Positions 58,498 through 64,000 of a stretch of DNA of 64,000 bases are shown here, in pieces. The stretch is from Chiloscyllium plagiosum (taxonomy: Eukaryota). The DNA lies in the NCBI RefSeq assembly GCF_004010195.1, contig NC_057752.1, forward strand, positions 4,960,879-5,024,878, read 5' to 3'. Position 1 is the first letter of the stretch; every line of letters starts with the position of its first letter. The position numbers and the translations under genes were made by a program. The notes under the pieces were generated by a model. That model was not told where the DNA came from. It worked only from the letters and a program-made list of their open reading frames with translations, and did not search any database.

Positions 58498-61400
58498 CAT
58501 TGGTGGATGGTTATGTTTGATGGGTCAGCCACAAAAGGGACTATATAATATTAATACTATACTGTGAATGCTGCTATCGCTTGGGTTTCGAAGTTCCAAG
58601 GCCTTCTCGTGACCCCATGTTCAAGGAACATGAACTTTTAAACTCAGGATCAGGCAGTTCCTTTCAACAAATCCAGGGCTCTTGGGGATGCCTCCAACTT
58701 CTCTCTCCCACCATAGAGAATCAAACTTTGTTTACTTTGTGAAGCTGGAATTATCATAATGAGCGACACCTCACTATGTAACTGTTATGCAACTATTATG
58801 AGATGGAATTAATCCAAAGAGGCAGATTTTTCAAACAGTTACATGTTTACATTATGTATTCTGTGCAATATGCTTTTTTTAAAAAATGTGATTTTAGCCT
58901 GTCTTATTTAAAGTGTTTTCCATCCTTGGATGTTGCCAGTGTCTTTTTCAATTTACTGTTCATCGATTGGGATTTTTTCCGTTTTAAACTGTTTTCAAAG
59001 TCGTGTCCGTCAAAATGGCTACACTCTGAAGCATTTCCTTGTCTGCCAGTAATAGGGGAAACTGGGGTTTGGAGTGCTGAAAGCTGTTCAGAATAAAGCT
59101 GAAACATGTATTTTCTATATGGAAACTCATTTTCTATAAAGTGACTAAGTTTGAAGAGTTTTGATCATCTTAATTATTGCAAGATGCTATTTAGGGAAAA
59201 TCCTCCAGGATATTTCTCTAGATCATGCTCTTTCCAGAATCGTTTAATGCAAGCAGTGGAGAGTACTGCTGGCTGAGTAAGCCTAGACTTGACCATGCAT
59301 AGAAAAAATTAGAACTCGTGAGATTTACTAATTTAACTGTCAGAGAATATTAAGTAGTAAATGTGAGATGTTGGTTGTTGAGATTTGGACAGGAGAGATG
59401 AGATGGTTATCATTTTATTACTTGTTTCAATGGAAAATTACTGGAGTGATAATCTGCACTGATTACTGGCAAGATTTTTTTGGTGTCAACTAAGCTGGCG
59501 TTTTGTCAGTGGAGTTGGTAATGTTAGCATTAAGAATACCAATGAAGCCAAACTTCTTGCCCCATTGCTTGGTAATGGTTTTTACATCTTTAACCTTTTT
59601 TTTGTTCTGTTAATGGAGGAAGTGTGTCAGGAGCTCCAATTGCATCTCTGTGCAAACATTCAGGTTGCTTTCTGCTCGGCCCTCAGCCAGGATTGAATTG
59701 AACTGCATTTCATTTCTACTGGATTTGAATTGCACTGACTTGAGTTATCTGCCAGCACTTCGGATTGGAAAGGTATCCGTACACAAGGTGTAGACTGAAT
59801 AAATAAATGAGCCATCGACAAACTATTTCCATTTCCAACATCAAAAACAAGATGATTAATGCTTTCTAGTTATGGTTTATTATAAAATTACCCGTGTTAG
59901 TTTGGGCATTTGGGTTGTTTTTCCAGTGCAATCCAATGTTTTTCTTTGTAATAACTTGCAGTTACTATTGTTAGTCAATTTTTAGAAGTGGTTACCTTCT
60001 TTGATGCATTTCTGTCCACCATAGCCTGCACTGCATAACCAATAGCTAGAAAGGTGCATGTGGGTACCGGCTCTTGTGGTGACTGTGTGGCTCCCCCTGC
60101 AGTGCTTATGTCTCCTATTGATGAAGAACTTCCTCATGATGGCATCAAAATTTAGAAACTGAAAACTTCTGTCATTGCGAAATGTCTGACAAATAAGTCT
60201 AATTACATCCCTGCATCTTGGTTGTTTGGTTTCTGCCCCCAGGTGTTGTAGATAAATCTGCTTTTCTGTTCCTGATACTTCAATTAGCAGAAAACAATTT
60301 CAAATGTTGTTCCTAAAATAGTGCGGCATAAATAATTGCAGTTTAAAAATTAGGCTAGTTTGCAGCAGTGGTAAATAATTGTAAGATATAATTTGTTTTG
60401 GGATACTATTTAGGTTTTATTTGATTATAAGAATTAATTTAAGATATGCAAGCCTGTAAGATTCAGGAGTGGTAATTTCTGCAAAAGAACAGGCATCAAT
60501 AGTGTGAAGCGCTTGTGCTGGGAGCCAAGCATACCGATAGATGTCAGTACTTTTGGACAGAAAGCTGCAGGAAAACTTTTCAGTAGCTACTTGGGCAGAA
60601 TGTGTTTTTTTTTCTCAGCATCCCAATACCAACCAGGATAAAGGTTGATTGTTTAGAGTTTAGGAGAGGGGAGGACCATGTCTGATGGCTATTTAAAGTT
60701 CTTGAAGTTGAACGTGAGTGAAGTCCTGTTCTGTTGATGCTTGCTTAAAACATCCTTTATGGAGGGTATCGGCCATTTTGGCAGTTTGGGATGACCCAAT
60801 GTTTAGCCTTACAGTCACTTTGCCTGATTTTCTCTGGAGGTCTGTGTAGGTCTTCATCATTTGTTTGTGTTGAACTTCATCGGACCAATCATGCGGATTG
60901 TGATGCTTCAAATGAATTTTTATTTCTCAAATGCAACAAAATTCTTGCAGTGTTTAAAAAGGTATGATAGAAAGAAGCCCAGATAGATACAAGCTGGTTG
61001 TTGTGGGCTAGTGTTTATGCCAACCCAAATGGGTTGAAAAAGCTGAATAGACAGTTTCCATTCTGACCTTCAGCATTATGAATGGCAGGAGGAGAAAGCT
61101 AAAATGTGTACAGACTCTTAACTCCAAAGTATGTGTGCCAAGTGTATCAAATAAGCATCCTGGAAGATTCAGGTTTTGAGAATATGGATGAATGAAGCTA
61201 ATATAGAATGCTTGTTAAAGTCTAAGAGTTAATGATCAAACCTCCATTTGGGAGAAAGACTGGTTTGATCCATGATACAAGTTCAGCACCAGCAATTTAA
61301 CAAAGATGTTCCTTTGGCAATTCCCATCATCATCAATGCTAAATGTCCACCTTGATGACTTTTATTTTCATTTGGAGTGGTGAAGGTATTTCTTTCTATT

Positions 61401-63030
61401 TAAGATTTTTAATTGGATTCCAAATTCAAATACTCATTCCTCCAGAGAGTTTTGACTTCATGATGGTTCTTGATGAAGAAATTTATTTTACAACTGAAGC
61501 ATGACTTATTGTGACTGAAATGAAAAATCAACTATAAGATGCTTGTGATGGAGCTCAGTACTCTACTAATGAGACTTGTGTCCTAATGAGGACATAATGA
61601 GTACACAATTGCATCTTGATCATTCAGTCTTTGCCTCCAGGTTTTGTGGATAAATCTCTTTTTCTGTTCCTTACAGTTCAACTGTAAATGTCCTTTGAAG
61701 CAAAGAACAGTTTTATTTTGCACATGCATATGACTTGAAACAGATTGTTACTTTCAGACCCGGTGTATGATGTTCTGTGATCTGCCCAACATTCTGAACT
61801 GCCAGAACAAGGCAGCAAAGCTCGAACCCACCCTGATGTGTGTATAAAAACAAATGCCGGGATTTCTTCCTGTTTTAAAATTAAGTTGCTGGAATTGAAT
61901 TTTGTAACAAATCCACCTCCTAAGTGTATGTTTCTTTCATTAATAGATTCCTGATAAATACTTTGCCAGTCATATATTTGCCAACCTTGCAGCATTGTTA
62001 GAGAGTCCAGTTCTTGCAAGTGCACTGAGCTTGTTATGCTGCTATAAATTCCACTTGCAACTTTGATTTGGGATTTTTAATTTTCAGAATTGCCATTTTA
62101 AATTGAAACCAATTTTGCTGAAAAAAAATCAGCTTTTAAAAATATATTGGCAGACAGTAAATGTCTTTGAGAAGTAGAATGGAATTGGTTATAGTGAAGT
62201 TGATCTCTGGTTGCAATGAACAATGTTTGTCATCTTTGGTGTACTCACTGCATATTACATTTTTTTTCATCATAGTCAAATTTTAAGTACAATGGAAATA
62301 CAATTTGGAGAGCGTAGTTTTCTTTTCCACACGAGTCTGTAAATTAACTATTACCGAGTGCCTTTTGCCAATGTGTTTCTCATTTCATCACTTTATGTAT
62401 GTAGTGCAAATTCATTCCCCAGATGGATTTCTATTAATAAACCATGTAGATTAGTTGGTCTGCTACCCTTGGTGGTAAGTAGGCTGCAAGCACATTGTTT
62501 CTTAAACTGGTACCTCAAGGGCTACTTGGCTATAGACAGACTGGTGCCCATTGAACTGTACCCCAGCGTGAGTCAATGCCTTAAGAAGAGGAAAAGAGAA
62601 TTTTGGGATGAAAGAAGCAATTTATTTCAGTGAGCTTTGCTCCCTGTCAGAATATCTATCTCTCTCTCTCATCAAAGATGGACATTCCAAATGTAAGGTT
62701 TACATTTTATTTTCAAATCTCTGAGGATTTTTGGGCTGAGTGATGAAAGTCTTCAGTTACAGGGAATATCCTGAATGCTGAATTAGTTAAGGAATCGCAA
62801 ATACTTGGGAGGTCTGGCATTCCGAATTCCCAGCAGCCTGATCTCCTAACGTTGCTCTATATTGGAGGGAAATGACTCTGATTGTATAATCATCACTCCT
62901 GTGACAATGTCTTTTTACAAACTCCATTGTTTGGTAAATGTGTTGTGATTTGAAATTGTAATGTAATCTGTTTGTATCTTTGTGTACAATCTGTTAACGA
63001 CAATACAAGTAAAATACATTTTTTTAAAAG
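58498..63030 (+). other. Probable long 3' UTR with alternative poly(A) sites
   Basis: AATAAA at 59092 and 59798. AGTAAA at 63008 is preceded by several TGTA motifs and followed by a T/GT-rich tract. No recognisable transposon in this interval. Confidence 0.5.
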
Positions 63031-63591
63031 TCCTGTTTGTTTTCACTTCTTCTGAACTTGATTTTGTAAGACTCCAGTCCCTAGTTAAGACTTTGTGACA
63101 TGAATCACCGGTTACAGTTTTTCATTTTTGTTTTGCTCTTGGACGTTTTGTTTTAACTTCCATGTTTCTGACAGCTCTTCCATGATTGTGGCAGGTAAAT
63201 GAGTTGAATTTGGAGGATGAACAGAGAACACTCTCTTCCATTTATTTCAGCTACTAATGTTAACCTGTTTTCATACCCTCCTGCCTTCCGAAATGGAAAA
63301 AAATGCCATGTTTCAACTGTCAAACATTTTAAAAATATTGTTGTCAAGCAAGTTGTCTTATTTTCACCTTGATAACTGCAGTGCAAACAAATTTAATAGT
63401 TCAATTTTTTTTAGTAAACAATCAATCAAATACACATTCTAACAAATGAGCAAAGATGTTGCCATTTAGTGACTTGTCTGTTCCTTCTGACATTGACTGC
63501 ATACAAACTAATTTCTGCCAAGAGCATATCATATATCTATTCCAGAAATGGATGATTCCAACTGCAGGCCAATTGTTGAGTGAGAAAAAGT

Positions 63592-63618
63592 TTCTCTCTC
63601 TCTCTCTCTCTCTCTCTC
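63592..63618. repeat. (CT)n microsatellite
   Basis: About 13 tandem CT units. Confidence 0.9.
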
Positions 63619-64000
63619 CATGCCCAACCTTTTGTTTGGGTTTTCTTTTTAACCCCCCTATTCAAAACAGAAATACCACTGAAGCAAAATGAATGAGCAG
63701 CAAAATAACGCCCCTTCCTGATTAGACAACATGATAATGTGCTTTTCTTTTGAACTGCAAAACTGTTGATGTAACTTTGTTAAGCTGTGTCTATTGCACT
63801 AGACATGTATTTTTGTTAGCTGTAACGTGCCACAGGAGTTGAATGAGAATGAGTAAATGCAATCCTGCTTCTGTAATGTTACAGTGACAGTTGCTTATTC
63901 GGAGGCTGGACAGTTATTCTCTGTGGCTATATTTTGCATGTTGAGTGTTCCTCTCCAAGTGATTCACCTAGCCTGGTTCCTTTACCAGTTGTGGAGCCTG

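Overview
Eukaryotic genomic DNA, most likely from a shark or other elasmobranch, judged from HE1/V-type and Deu-domain SINEs and HER1-like CR1 LINEs. The window holds one complete + strand gene, LMBR1L (limb region 1-like). It has 17 coding exons from ATG 707 to TAA 58497, all phase-consistent, giving a 1476-nt CDS (491 aa). It has a multi-CCAAT promoter, an overlapping uORF, a U12-type (minor spliceosome) intron 13 and a probable ~4.5-kb repeat-free 3' UTR. The introns are dense with retroelement debris (CR1, L2, RTE LINEs, SINEs, two related LTRs). The most unusual signal is a dispersed set of Penelope-like elements and short palindromic derivatives. They carry minimal type I hammerhead-ribozyme motifs (CUGANGA-stem II-GAAA), sit in inverted configurations, are flanked by 10-17 bp target-site duplications and show junction microhomology. 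Repeat family names come from motif recognition only, and boundaries of old repeats are approximate.
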